From assembly GCA_963810095.1 (NCBI GenBank), contig CAWEMM010000013.1, forward strand, positions 32,001-96,000: a stretch of 64,000 bases of DNA. Reading direction: 5' to 3'. Source of the DNA: an uncultured Chloroflexia bacterium. GTDB lineage: Bacteria; Chloroflexota; Anaerolineae; CG2-30-64-16. A program made the position numbers and the translations under genes. Shown here piece after piece: positions 1-10,008 of the stretch. How positions within the stretch are numbered: the first letter of the stretch is position 1; each line of letters begins with the position of its first letter. The notes beneath the pieces are model-generated. The model had not been told where the DNA came from and ran no database searches. It saw only the letters and a list, made by a program, of their open reading frames with translations.

Positions 1-1
1 C

Positions 2-223
2 ACGCGCATGGCGCAGGAATACCCGGGTAAGCGCGTCAACTTCAAGCGGGCGATCGCCGAGGGCGACTATGTCGTGCTCCACTGCTACCAGCAATGGCCG
101 GGCGACTCGGATTGGGCGGGCATCGACATCTTCCGCCTCGACGAAGACGGCAAGGTCGTGGAACATTGGGACGTCCTCCAGCGCGTCCCCGACCAGTCGG
201 CCAACGGCAATACCATGTTCTAA
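2..223 (+). CDS. SnoaL-like/NTF2-family protein, 3' part (runs off the window start)
   Basis: Translation has '[12 protein letters not shown]...[21 protein letters not shown]', the typical SnoaL-like C-terminus; the frame is open to the window edge. Confidence 0.75.
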   Translation, partial: TRMAQEYPGKRVNFKRAIAEGDYVVLHCYQQWPGDSDWAGIDIFRLDEDGKVVEHWDVLQRVPDQSANGNTMF

Positions 224-246
224 AATAACCGCAAAGTGGAAAGCAG

Positions 247-280
247 TCACATAGGGCGAGCATTGGCTCGCCCTATGTGA
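247..280 (+). terminator. GC-rich hairpin, probable terminator
   Basis: TCACATAGGGCGAGC-attg-GCTCGCCCTATGTGA, 15-bp perfect stem just after the stop at 223; no clear U-tract. Confidence 0.55.
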
Positions 281-645
281 GTGTGCGCAACCCCGTCTCG
301 CGATTAGTTTCGTCCTGCCCACGTTTGCGGTGGTTGCGCAGCGCTCCGGCGCCTATGCCCTGCAAACGCTCCTGCGTCACCCGAGCTCCAACTCCCAGCC
401 GCGCAATTCAGGGCCTAAATCGGGAGCATTTTGTTCACCGCCGTCGTTTGTATTAGTACTCTGCCAGCTGGACGCTGTGAACTGGCGTTTGCGATGTCCC
501 GGTGTTCCTTCTGGCGGCTGTAGTGAAACGATGCGGCGCATGTTCACCGCAAGCATTGCAGTATGCGCACATCATGGACCTGTGTCTCGCACGGCCGGCC
601 TTTTGCCTGCGAGCCGGGACGGACCTGTACCGAGAGGAGTAACAA

Positions 646-1959
646 ATGGACCGGACAGTTGTAGCCTTGTTTGACGACGTGGATACCGCGCAACGGGCAT
701 TGGAAGAGTTGCTGAGCAACGGCTTCGATCGTAACGACGTCAGCGTCGTTCGCACCAACGCGAAGGGCGACTACGCGACAGGATCGACGACAGACACCAG
801 CGCGGCTGACGCCAGCGGCGCAGCCGCGGGTGCGGGCATTGGCGCCGCACTCGGCGGCATCGCCGGCCTGGTGATCGGCCTCGGCGTGCTGGCGATTCCC
901 GGCCTGGGCCCCGTGATTGCTGCGGGCCCGCTGGCCACGACGCTGGCAGGCGCAGGGATTGGCGCGGCGGCCGGTGGTATCATCGGCGCCCTGACCGATG
1001 TGGGCATTCCCGAGAATGAGGCAGGATACTACGCCGAGGGCATTCGCCGCGGCGGCACCCTCCTGACGGTGCGCGCGAGCGACGACAAAGTAACCCGCGC
1101 GACGCAGATCCTGAACCGCTTCTCGCCCGTGGACATCAACCAGCGGGCGACTGAGTGGCGTTCGTCGGGTTGGAGCGAGTTCGATTCGAATGCCAAGCCC
1201 TACGAATCCGGCACGGGTGCAACGACTGCCAGCGGCAGCTATTCGGGCACGAGCGGCTCCTACGCCGGAAGCGGCGCTGGGATGAGCGGCTCCTATTCGG
1301 GCGCCGGCATGGGCGCTACGGGCAGCGCCTATTCCAGCCGCTTCGAGGATTTCGACAACGACTTCCGCAGCGACTGGCAGCGGCGCTACTCGACTTCTGG
1401 TTACGGCTACGAGCGCTACCAGCCCGCCTATCGCTACGGCTACGAGGCGCGCAATCGCTACGAGGGCCGCAACTGGAACGACGTCGAGTCTGACCTGCGT
1501 TCAGACTGGCAGCGCAACCATCCCGGCGATGCGTGGGAAGACTTCAAAGACTCGGTCAAGACCGGCTGGGAGCGCTTCAAGAGCAACGTGAGTGGCGCAG
1601 CGAGCGACGTGCGCCAAGGTGCACAGGAAACGAGCTACGACGCACAGCGGTCCTTTGACCGCACCACCAGCGACATGAGCCGGAGCTTCGACCGCTACGA
1701 CCGCGACTTCCGGAGCGATTACGACCGGTCATTCCGCTCGAGCGGCTACGGCTACGAGCGGTACCAGCCCGCCTACCAGTACGGTTACGGGCTGGCGACG
1801 GAGAACCGCTACCGGGGGCGGAACTGGAACGATATCGAGGCCGACGCCCGGCGGGACTGGGAAACGCGGCACCCGAGCGACGCGTGGGATGACTTCAAGG
1901 ACGCGGTTCAGCATGCCTGGCAGCGCGTCCGTGCCGACGTCAAAGACGCGGTCGACTGA
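646..1959 (+). CDS. General stress protein (YflT/17M-like N-terminus, glycine-zipper membrane segment, two C-terminal 'DFRSD..YERYQPAY.YG..WE..HP.DAW.DFKDAV' repeats)
   Basis: RBS GAGGAG; 'TVVALFDD...GFDRNDVSVV', 'GAGIGAALGG..LAIPGLGPVIAAGP', 'EGIRRGGTLLTV'; paralog at 20831. Confidence 0.8.
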   Translation: MDRTVVALFDDVDTAQRALEELLSNGFDRNDVSVVRTNAKGDYATGSTTDTSAADASGAAAGAGIGAALGGIAGLVIGLGVLAIPGLGPVIAAGPLATTLAGAGIGAAAGGIIGALTDVGIPENEAGYYAEGIRRGGTLLTVRASDDKVTRATQILNRFSPVDINQRATEWRSSGWSEFDSNAKPYESGTGATTASGSYSGTSGSYAGSGAGMSGSYSGAGMGATGSAYSSRFEDFDNDFRSDWQRRYSTSGYGYERYQPAYRYGYEARNRYEGRNWNDVESDLRSDWQRNHPGDAWEDFKDSVKTGWERFKSNVSGAASDVRQGAQETSYDAQRSFDRTTSDMSRSFDRYDRDFRSDYDRSFRSSGYGYERYQPAYQYGYGLATENRYRGRNWNDIEADARRDWETRHPSDAWDDFKDAVQHAWQRVRADVKDAVD

Positions 1960-2030
1960 GGGATGCCGGTAGCAAGCGCTTCGAGGTTTACGTAACTCCG
2001 AAGGCTTGAACCGGACGTAGATTAAGCAGC

Positions 2031-2083
2031 GACCTCCCGGGCGGCGCCACGACGAAGCGGCGCACCCGGGAGGTCTCGTTTTT
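2031..2083. terminator. Hairpin between convergent genes, probable terminator
   Basis: GACCTCCCGGG...CCCGGGAGGTC followed by a T-run. Confidence 0.55.
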
Positions 2084-2131
2084 GTGGCGGCCCGGCGCGC
2101 TCAGCACGGATGGGGCTGGCTCGCAGGGGGA

Positions 2132-2437
2132 TTAGTGGCCCGGCACGCTGAGCCAGGTTCGTGTCAGGTAGTCGTCCAGTACCCCGACGATCAGAATGCC
2201 AAACCAGAAGAGCGCGACGATAATGACGATCTTGGTGATGGGCCCGCTGTGCCGCACGTTCATGAAGAAGAGCACGACGAGCGCTGCCTTCGCCGCAGCA
2301 AACGCCAGCGCCACCGCCCCGTGCCATGGACCCAACGGGATGAACGACGCGCCAATGGTGCCCAACGTCAGCAGGGCTAACAGAATTGCGACGAATACGT
2401 AAGTTCGGATTGGTGTAATTTCTTCGTGCATCGTCAA
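2132..2437 (-). CDS. coxD: Cytochrome c oxidase subunit IV (caa3-type)
   Basis: 101 aa, three TM helices, 'AKAALVVLFFMNVRHS'; last gene of the oxidase operon. Confidence 0.85.
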   Translation of the reverse strand: MTMHEEITPIRTYVFVAILLALLTLGTIGASFIPLGPWHGAVALAFAAAKAALVVLFFMNVRHSGPITKIVIIVALFWFGILIVGVLDDYLTRTWLSVPGH

Positions 2438-2441
2438 TCGC

Positions 2442-3095
2442 TCACCGGATCATGTAGAAGAGGCCAAACAGGAACAGCCAGATCACATCGACAAAGTGCC
2501 AGTACAGCCCCATCTGCTCCACCCGCGTATAGCGGGGGCCGAGAAATGAACCCCGGAAGCCGCGGACCGCCACGATCAGCACCAACACGATCCCGATAAT
2601 CATGTGCGCTGCATGCACGCCCGTCATGGCAAAGTAGAGAAAGAAAAACAGCGCCTGCACGTTTGCGTTCGGCGCCCGTGTGTAATCGTAGTTGAACCCC
2701 GGTGCCAGCCCCTCGTGCCAGTGCTGCCAGTACTCGAATCCCTTGATGCCCAGAAACACCATGCCCAGCGCCGCCGTGGCGAGCAGGAAGAACACCAGCA
2801 CCTTGCGCTGCCCCAGCTGCGCACCCCGTACCGCCAACACCATCATCAGGCTGCTGAAGATCAGCACGAACGTGTTGATCGAGCCGGCCACCACGTTTTG
2901 GTGCTGCGCGGCCTCGGCGAACGCCTCAGGATAAATCGTGCGGAAGATCAGGTAGGCCAGGAACATTCCGCCAAAGAACATGACCTCCGTCGCCAGGAAC
3001 ACCCACATCCCCAGCAGATTGGCGGTATGCTGCTGCTCCCACGTCTCAAAATGATGATCGACGTGTCCTGCGCCGCTGTCATAGGGCTTTTCCAC
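2442..3095 (-). CDS. coxC: Cytochrome c oxidase subunit III
   Basis: 'GMWVFLATEVMFFGG', 'MTGVHAAHM', 'GLYWHFVDVIW'. Confidence 0.93.
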   Translation of the reverse strand: MEKPYDSGAGHVDHHFETWEQQHTANLLGMWVFLATEVMFFGGMFLAYLIFRTIYPEAFAEAAQHQNVVAGSINTFVLIFSSLMMVLAVRGAQLGQRKVLVFFLLATAALGMVFLGIKGFEYWQHWHEGLAPGFNYDYTRAPNANVQALFFFLYFAMTGVHAAHMIIGIVLVLIVAVRGFRGSFLGPRYTRVEQMGLYWHFVDVIWLFLFGLFYMIR

Positions 3096-3110
3096 AACAA
3101 CTCCTTAATG

Positions 3111-3202
3111 GTCCACAGATTGACCTGATCGAGCCGATCCACCTGATCTCTCTGGGGTCGATCAAGAAGATCAGTTCGATCAGTCCGATCTGCGTCCTAT
3201 TC
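3111..3202. repeat. 9-nt-periodic palindromic element, family A, copy 1
   Basis: Imperfect inverted repeat built of (n)nnCTGATC-like 9-mers ending ATCTGCGTCCTATTC; contains the coxA TAG stop. Confidence 0.7.
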
Positions 3203-4825
3203 AGCTTCCGCCAAGATCACATCCTTGATCGCGTCGTAATCGTACGCCTCGTGTGTCACGCACGGAATCTCGTAGAAGTTCTCGGGCGGGGGCGGGGAGG
3301 CCGTAGTCCACTCCAGCCCCGTCGCGCCCCACGGATTGTTCGGTGCGCGCTTGCCCCGCCAGATCGATGGGATCAGGTAGAACAGCGGCATGACGTAGCC
3401 CACGATCAACACCAGCGACCCCAGGCTCGACAGGATGTTCAGCAGTTGGTACTCGGGCGGGTACACCGCATAGCGCCGTGGCATGCCCTGGATGCCCAGG
3501 ATGAACTGGGGGAAGAAGGTCAGGTTGAACCCGACGAACGTGATGATGGCCGCGATTTGCCCCATACGCTCCGGGTACATGCGCCCCGTGATCTTCGGCC
3601 ACCAGTAATGGATGCCGCCGATATAGGCCATCACCATGCCCCCCACCATGATGTAGTGGAAGTGCGCGATGACGAAGTAGGTGTCGTGGACGTGCGCGTC
3701 AAACGCGAGCGCGGCGAGCCACAGTCCCGTCAGGCCCCCGATCACGAACAGGCCGATGAAGCCGATCATGTAGAGCATCGGCGCTTTGAACGAGATGGAG
3801 CCGTCCCACATCGTCAGGCTCCAGTTGAAGACCTTCACCGCGGATGGGATCGCCACCGCGAAGCTCAGGCCCGAGAAGACCAGCGAGGCATGGATCGATT
3901 GGCCCGCGACAAACATGTGGTGGCCCCATACCAGGAAGCCGAAGATCGCGATCGCGAGGCTCGAACCGGCGATGAACCGGTAGCCGAAGGGCCGGTTGCG
4001 CGTGAAGGTGGAGATCACCTCGCTTACCACGCCCATCCCCGGCAGAATCATGATGTAGACCGCGGGGTGCGAGTAGAACCAGAACAGGTGTTGGAACAGG
4101 ATTGGGTCGCCACCCAGCGCGGGATCGAAGATGCCCACGTGCAGCACCCGCTCGGCGATCACCAGCAGCAGCGTGATGGCCAGCACCGGCGTTGCCAGCA
4201 CCAGGATCAGGCTCGTGGCGTACAGCGACCAGACGAACAGCGGCAGCCGGCCCCACGTCATGCCGGGCGCGCGCATCTTGTGCGTCGTCACGATGAAGTT
4301 CATACCGGTCAGGATGGATGAAAACCCGACGATAAAGATGCCCAGGGTCGTCCCCAGCACGTGGGTGTTGCTGCCGCTCGTGCTGTAGGGCGTGTAGAAC
4401 GTCCAGCCCGTATCGACGCCGCCGCTGAGCACCACGTAGAGCAGGAACACGACGCCGAACATGTAGATGTACCAGCTCAGGAGGTTCAGCTTGGGGAACG
4501 CCACGTCGCGCGCACCCAGCATCAAGGGCAGCAGGAAGTTGCCCAACACCGACGGGATGGACGGGATCAGGAAGAACCAGACCATCGTCACCCCGTGCAT
4601 GGTGAAGATCTTGTTGTACGTCGCGGGGTCGACCAGCCACGACACGGGCGAGACCAACTCCGCGCGGATCACCCCCGCGAACGCGCCGCCGACAAAGAAC
4701 ATCAGCGTCACCGAGATCATGTACAGGATCCCAATGCGTTTGTGGTCCGTCGTCAGCAGCCACGATTTGACCGAACTCGCCACGTTCAGATAGGTCGGAC
4801 GCCTATCGAGGGCCAATGCACTCAT
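3197..4825 (-). CDS. coxA: Cytochrome c oxidase subunit I
   Basis: 'TTDHKRIG', 'HG' heme ligand, '[12 protein letters not shown]', 'WGHHMF', '[12 protein letters not shown]'. Confidence 0.97.
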   Translation of the reverse strand: MSALALDRRPTYLNVASSVKSWLLTTDHKRIGILYMISVTLMFFVGGAFAGVIRAELVSPVSWLVDPATYNKIFTMHGVTMVWFFLIPSIPSVLGNFLLPLMLGARDVAFPKLNLLSWYIYMFGVVFLLYVVLSGGVDTGWTFYTPYSTSGSNTHVLGTTLGIFIVGFSSILTGMNFIVTTHKMRAPGMTWGRLPLFVWSLYATSLILVLATPVLAITLLLVIAERVLHVGIFDPALGGDPILFQHLFWFYSHPAVYIMILPGMGVVSEVISTFTRNRPFGYRFIAGSSLAIAIFGFLVWGHHMFVAGQSIHASLVFSGLSFAVAIPSAVKVFNWSLTMWDGSISFKAPMLYMIGFIGLFVIGGLTGLWLAALAFDAHVHDTYFVIAHFHYIMVGGMVMAYIGGIHYWWPKITGRMYPERMGQIAAIITFVGFNLTFFPQFILGIQGMPRRYAVYPPEYQLLNILSSLGSLVLIVGYVMPLFYLIPSIWRGKRAPNNPWGATGLEWTTASPPPPENFYEIPCVTHEAYDYDAIKDVILAEAE

Positions 4826-4874
4826 GATCGCTCCTTAGAATCCGCTCGCCTCACGCCAGGTCACTTACGGTTCG

Positions 4875-5960
4875 TCAACTCCCAGGTGTCCGGGTCGCGG
4901 CCGGTGTGGCGCCCACGCCACCCGTTGCCCCGCCCGGAGCGCTTGTCCCCACCGGCACAGTTGCGCCCGGCGCGGCGGCGCCCCCGCCCCCGTCACCCAG
5001 CGACTGGATGTACGTAACCAGCGCAAACACCTCTTCGGTGCTTAGCCGGCCCTGATACGAGGGCATGATCGGTTGGAAGCCCTTGACCACTTGCGCCGAA
5101 GGGTTCAGGATCGACTCCCGGATGTAGTTCTCGTCGGCAACCACCGTCTGGCCGTTCGCCAACTCGACCTGTTTTCCGAACACCCCGTTCAGCGACGGCG
5201 CCGGCGCGCCTGCGGCGCCCGTGTGACATCCGATGCATCCGGACTGCTGGAACAGCTGCGCCCCCGCAGCAGCCGTCGTCGCACCGCCGCCAGCTCCGCC
5301 CGCACCGGGTGTACCCCCGGCGCCTGCAGCGGGCGCGCCTCCTCCGCCGCTCCACGCCTGGAAGTCGGCCTCTGACATGACGATGATATCGCCCACCATT
5401 ACCGCATGCCCGGTGCCGCAATACTGCGAGCAGAAGAGCCGGTAGGTGCCCACTTCGGTCGGCCGGAACCACTGGGTCGTATACCGGCCCGGCACCACGT
5501 CGGTGTGGATGCGGAACGCGGGCACGTAGAAATCATGGATGACGTCTTCAGACGTCATGATCAACTTGTAGTCCTTGTTCACCTGCAGGTGAACCGCGTT
5601 GATCTCTTTCTGGCCGTTCTGGTGCTGCGCCTTCCACATCCACATGCGCCCCGTAATGAACACCGGCTCCGCATTGGGCGGCGGATTGAACATGTTGATG
5701 TACGAGCCGCCGGCCCAGAGAAACATGCCCAGCGACAGCACGCCCAGAAACGCCATCCCGCCCCACTCGAGCTTGGTGTTGCCGCCGCTGCCCGTGCCAA
5801 AGTGATCGGGCGAGCGGCGCCGGTAGCGCACCGCGGCCACGATGATGATCGCGGCCACGAGGATCGTGAAGAACGCGCTCAGCAGGAGCAGCACCAGGAA
5901 AATCCTGTCGACGGCTTGCGCCGACGTCGATGCCTGCGGTGGGAGGAACGGTATCTTCAT
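4875..5960 (-). CDS. coxB: Cytochrome c oxidase subunit II with fused cytochrome c (caa3)
   Basis: CuA motif 'DVIHDF...CSQYCGTGHAVM'; C-terminal CIGCH heme site and 'MPSY'. Confidence 0.95.
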   Translation of the reverse strand: MKIPFLPPQASTSAQAVDRIFLVLLLLSAFFTILVAAIIIVAAVRYRRRSPDHFGTGSGGNTKLEWGGMAFLGVLSLGMFLWAGGSYINMFNPPPNAEPVFITGRMWMWKAQHQNGQKEINAVHLQVNKDYKLIMTSEDVIHDFYVPAFRIHTDVVPGRYTTQWFRPTEVGTYRLFCSQYCGTGHAVMVGDIIVMSEADFQAWSGGGGAPAAGAGGTPGAGGAGGGATTAAAGAQLFQQSGCIGCHTGAAGAPAPSLNGVFGKQVELANGQTVVADENYIRESILNPSAQVVKGFQPIMPSYQGRLSTEEVFALVTYIQSLGDGGGGAAAPGATVPVGTSAPGGATGGVGATPAATRTPGS

Positions 5961-5963
5961 CGC

Positions 5964-6986
5964 CTACTCCTCGCCGTCCCTGGCGGCAGCCTCGCCGTCG
6001 CCGACGGCCGCCTCGCCGTCGCCCTCGGCCGCGGCCGGCGTCCCGGCCTGAGCCCGCGCTTGGGCCAGCGCCACATCCTCTTTGCGCCCCCGCAGATCGC
6101 GGCGCCACATCACGCCGATGAAGGAGCCGAGCATGAGCATGGTCAGCACGCCGCCGGCCCGCACGAGGCCGAGCGCGATGTTCGTGTACCGGCCCGTTGA
6201 CACGTCGTAGTGGTAGCACAGCAGCAGAACGGGAGTGATTGGGCTGCTGATCTTGCCCTGGCTGGCCTCGTAGATGGCCAGGCGCAGGTCGTTCGGCGGG
6301 AAGTCCATGCCGTAAAGGTACCGCGCGATGCGCCCCTCCGGCGTCAGCAGGATCACGCCGACCGGGTGCGCAAAGCTCTTGCTCTGTGCGTCGTAGGCGT
6401 ATTTGAGCCCGACGGCCTCGGTCAGCCTGTGAATCACGGGATCGTCGGCCGTCAGGAAGTGCCAGCCGTCCGCACCGTCGGGCGCGTCGGGCCGCTTGTA
6501 GCGGCGCACGACCTCGTCGCGCATCGATGTCGCGTCTTGCGCCGTGTTCGTCGGGTTCAGGCTGATGGCCAGCGCCTTGTAATCGCTCCCCAGTTTGAAC
6601 GTGACCTGGTCCATCGCATCGACCAGGTTCTGCAACTCGAGGGGGCAGAGATCCTGGCACGTAAAATCGTTTATCGAAATCAGCAGCGGCTGCTGGCCCA
6701 GGTAATCGTGCAGCCTGACCTCTTTGCCCGTTTCGTCGCGGAAGGCCAGGTCCAGCGGGACCTGCGCGTCGAGATGGGGGTCGAAGCGTACCTCGCGCAT
6801 GTCGATCACTTCGGCAGCGCTGTGGGCCGCGCTGTCGGCCGAGTCCGCAGTAATGGCCGGCCCGCTAGCCCCAGGTTCCGGTGTCCCTCCATGGCTGGCG
6901 ACCTCAGCCAGGGCGACAGCAGGTGCTAACGCCGCACCCGCCACCAGCGCCAGGCCGGTCAGAAGGAGGAAGAAACGTCTCCTCAT
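5964..6986 (-). CDS. SCO1/SenC-family copper chaperone
   Basis: Start placed at MRRRFF (signal peptide); CxxxC motif 'CQDLCP' and conserved His 'FAHP'. Confidence 0.88.
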   Translation of the reverse strand: MRRRFFLLLTGLALVAGAALAPAVALAEVASHGGTPEPGASGPAITADSADSAAHSAAEVIDMREVRFDPHLDAQVPLDLAFRDETGKEVRLHDYLGQQPLLISINDFTCQDLCPLELQNLVDAMDQVTFKLGSDYKALAISLNPTNTAQDATSMRDEVVRRYKRPDAPDGADGWHFLTADDPVIHRLTEAVGLKYAYDAQSKSFAHPVGVILLTPEGRIARYLYGMDFPPNDLRLAIYEASQGKISSPITPVLLLCYHYDVSTGRYTNIALGLVRAGGVLTMLMLGSFIGVMWRRDLRGRKEDVALAQARAQAGTPAAAEGDGEAAVGDGEAAARDGEE

Positions 6987-7525
6987 GGGATACTCTCCGA
7001 TGTCCTGCCCGAACTCGACCCCTGCAGCAGCAATGTGCCGGCAGGCGCTTGCCCATCGGCCTGCCCGCGCACGGGAAGGCCGCGCTGAGCGGTGAGTTCG
7101 ACGGCGCGATCGATCGGCAGGCTGACCTTGCCGGCCCCTTGATCGATCCACGTGTAGTTGTTCAAGATCGCATCTTCTTTCGCATGCAGCGCACCCAGGA
7201 TTTCGCCGTTCGCAACCTCCAGCCGCGGCTGGGGTGGCGGCGTCACCTTCGGCACATCCTCGACGACCGGCCGGATCGGGCCCGTGTGGCCGAGCATGGC
7301 GCGTTCGAACACGGTGACCGCGATCACCAGCGCGGTGACCGAGACCGCCAGCAACAGGAGCCAGCGCACCACCTGGCGCGTCCGCATGTCGCGCAATTCA
7401 TGGCCGGACTCCAAGGATTCGTCTTCCGGGCTGAGCCCGCGGCCCAGCGGCCCGCCTCCGTGGGTGGCCGCGGGTCGCCGCGGGATAATCCGCTCATTCG
7501 CCGGCCGGTCGCCTGGTCTAGCCAT
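6983..7525 (-). CDS. ActG-like small membrane subunit of alternative complex III
   Basis: Single TM helix, 'PPPQPRLE', 'LNNYTWID...VSLPIDRAVEL'; lies between actF and SCO. Confidence 0.65.
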   Translation of the reverse strand: MARPGDRPANERIIPRRPAATHGGGPLGRGLSPEDESLESGHELRDMRTRQVVRWLLLLAVSVTALVIAVTVFERAMLGHTGPIRPVVEDVPKVTPPPQPRLEVANGEILGALHAKEDAILNNYTWIDQGAGKVSLPIDRAVELTAQRGLPVRGQADGQAPAGTLLLQGSSSGRTSESIP

Positions 7526-8678
7526 TTGCGTTCTCCGCACTCGCTTGCCGGGCAAGCGCATGTTCCCGGTGCTCCGCCAACTCGGCTTCACGCGCCTCGC
7601 GCGCCGCGATGAGCTTCGGCTCAACGGGCGATACTTCGGGCGCCTTGCCGAACTGCCATGTAAAGGCGACCAGCCAGAGCCCGCCGATGATAAATCCCGC
7701 CACCGCCGTCATGATGGCGGCCAGCACGGTGTTGTCGTCGAACGTCGGCTGGACGATCCAGTACCAGTGGAGAAATTGAGTCGCGAGCAGCAGCGCGCAG
7801 ACCGCCGCGAGGATACGCGGGTTGCGCTTGAAGCCCCGGATCACGAGCACGCCGAACGGGATGGCGAAGCCGAAAATCACGATTGCGAGCGCCGTCAGGA
7901 GCCAGCCCCCGTTGGTGCGGCGCACGTACCAGATCGTCTCTTCCGGGAGGTTCCCGGCGTAGAACAGGATCACCTGCGAGATCGACATGTACGCCCACAG
8001 CATCAGGAAGGCCAGCAGGAGGCTGCCCAAGGAGTTGAACAAGGCAGGCGAGGTGAAGTCCGCAAACGGCGCACGATCGCGGCGCACGATTACGACGAGC
8101 GTGGCGAACGCGAAGCCGCTCAGCAGCGCTCCCATCGTGACGATGAGCCCCCAAATGCTCGAGAACCAGGCCGGATCGAGAGACATGAGCCAGTCGATCC
8201 CGGCAAAGCTCACGGTCAGGGCCATTAGCACCAGTCCCAACGCGCTCACGCTGCGCATGCGGCCCGTCAGCGCGGGCGACGGGTCGGCGTCGCGCCGACG
8301 CGACCACGACACGAGCAGCAGGGCGAGCCCGATCCAGACGACGAAATAGATCACCGCACGGGCCAGGAAGAAGGGCACGCTCAGGTACGCCTGCTTGAAG
8401 GCGAGGTCCATGCCTTCCGCGGCCCGGCCCGCGGCCGCGCCTTGCGGCGAGGCGAGCACGTCGCCGTGGATCCAGGGGTAAAGAGCGGGCATGCCGATCA
8501 GCACCGGGATGAAGAGCACCGCCATCAGCGGTATCGTCAGGGATGCGGCCTCGAGCGGGCGGCGCAGCACCGCGCCCCAATAGCCGCCGGCCAGGTTGTG
8601 CAGCATCAGGATGGACAGGCAGCCCAGTGCCAGCATCAGCCAGAACGTATACGCGGTCAGGTACGCGTGAAAGATCAC
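7518..8678 (-). CDS. actF: Alternative complex III subunit ActF
   Basis: Polytopic; 'DWLMSLDPAWFSSIWG', 'YAGNLPEETIWY'. Confidence 0.88.
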   Translation of the reverse strand: MIFHAYLTAYTFWLMLALGCLSILMLHNLAGGYWGAVLRRPLEAASLTIPLMAVLFIPVLIGMPALYPWIHGDVLASPQGAAAGRAAEGMDLAFKQAYLSVPFFLARAVIYFVVWIGLALLLVSWSRRRDADPSPALTGRMRSVSALGLVLMALTVSFAGIDWLMSLDPAWFSSIWGLIVTMGALLSGFAFATLVVIVRRDRAPFADFTSPALFNSLGSLLLAFLMLWAYMSISQVILFYAGNLPEETIWYVRRTNGGWLLTALAIVIFGFAIPFGVLVIRGFKRNPRILAAVCALLLATQFLHWYWIVQPTFDDNTVLAAIMTAVAGFIIGGLWLVAFTWQFGKAPEVSPVEPKLIAAREAREAELAEHREHALARQASAENANG

Positions 8679-9293
8679 TGCTGTCCTCCCTGTGTCGCCG
8701 CAGGCTGGATGCTGTTGCGCAGCTCGGGCGGTACGTCGTCAAGCTGTCCCGCCTGGCTCAGCTGCAGTGCGCGCACGTAGCCCACAACCCGCCACCGGTC
8801 GTCGGGCTGCAGAATCGGACCGTAGGGCGGCATCGTCCCGAACCCGTTGGTAATGAAGGCGAAGATCTGCCCCGCAGGCAGGGCCGCGATGTTGGGTGCG
8901 GTCAGCGAGGGCGGCTTGGTGAAGCCGCGCTGCACCACGATGCCGTCACCCGCGCCCGTCCGGCCGTGGCATGGTGCGCACGTGTCGTTGAACAAGCCCT
9001 GTCCGCGGCGTAGGTCCTCGACCGTCAACTGGAACGGAAAGTCGGGCGCAGGCGTGCCGTTCAGTTGGCCCGTCACCCGCACCGCATCCTGATTCCCCGC
9101 GAGCCCGCGCGACGGTGTTGGCCGGCGGGTAACGCGCCGAACTGCCGTTGGGGTAGAACTCCGAATAAGCGAGCGGCTCGTACTTTGGCTGTTCCTTCAT
9201 GGATGCCGCGCAGCCCCCCAACACGAGCGTAGCGCTTACGAGCGCAGCGCTCAGGAGCGCGGGCAGGCTGAGCCGCCTAGCGTGCAGCGTCAT
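8675..9293 (-). CDS. actE: Alternative complex III monoheme lipoprotein ActE (one frameshift near 9090)
   Basis: N-part 'LVLGGC...MKEQPKYEPL...PPANTVAR' in one frame; C-part with CAPCH and 'MPPYG' in another. Confidence 0.85.
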
Positions 9294-10008
9294 AGACCCT
9301 CCCCGGCGCCAGGGATTCGAGGAACTGCCTGGTCGTCTGGTCCGGCGCCTGCAGCGTCTCGACCGGCGCCTGGGCATAGAACTTGGGATCGTCGGCCTGG
9401 ATCAGCAGGAAGAACCGGTTCGTCGTTGCCCGGCTAAACTCCGGCACGTTGAAGACGGGATGATACGGCCGCGGGAAGCCGTTCAAGAGGATCATGGAGA
9501 TCAGCGCGGTGAACGCCGCGAACAGGATCACCAGCTCATACGTGATGGGCAGGTAGTACGGCCAGGAGTTGTACGGCCGGCCGCCGATGTTCAGGTACGG
9601 GTACCAACGCGACATAGACCAGAGCTGCAGCCCGTATCCGACCAGCCCGCCCGTGATTCCGCCCAGCAGTGTGAGCAGCGCGATCAGGTTGAACCGGCCC
9701 AGCCAGTCGGCCACGCCGCGCCAGTCGCGGCGGCGCAGTGCGGCCGTCAGCTCGGCCCGGTCGTGCCGGTTGCGCAGGTCGACGGATGGCGCCACCAGCT
9801 CGGGCAGCCCCTCGACCGGATAGGGCGAGTACGCGTCCATACGGGTGTAGCCCGCGGCGCGCGCCGCCCGGGCCGCCTCAAGCAAGGAGTCCTCATCCAG
9901 GAATTCGGCCAGCAGCCCGTAGCGGCCCTCCTGGAACTCCGCCTCGATGGGCTGGTGGTGGCGTCGCCCCCGGCGGGGTCCGATCACATCGCCCGGATGC
10001 GCAGTCAT
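9277..10008 (-). CDS. actD: Alternative complex III subunit ActD (DUF3341)
   Basis: 'GYTRMDAYSPYPVEGL', 'NIGGRPYNSWP..LPITYEL', 'YHPVFN'. Confidence 0.88.
   Translation of the reverse strand: MTAHPGDVIGPRRGRRHHQPIEAEFQEGRYGLLAEFLDEDSLLEAARAARAAGYTRMDAYSPYPVEGLPELVAPSVDLRNRHDRAELTAALRRRDWRGVADWLGRFNLIALLTLLGGITGGLVGYGLQLWSMSRWYPYLNIGGRPYNSWPYYLPITYELVILFAAFTALISMILLNGFPRPYHPVFNVPEFSRATTNRFFLLIQADDPKFYAQAPVETLQAPDQTTRQFLESLAPGRVYDAAR

Noticed and set aside
595-610. Third copy of the CTTTTGCC box upstream of the first stress gene
   Set aside because: Weak match lying within a local hairpin (CTCGCA...TGCGAG) close to the RBS; not counted.
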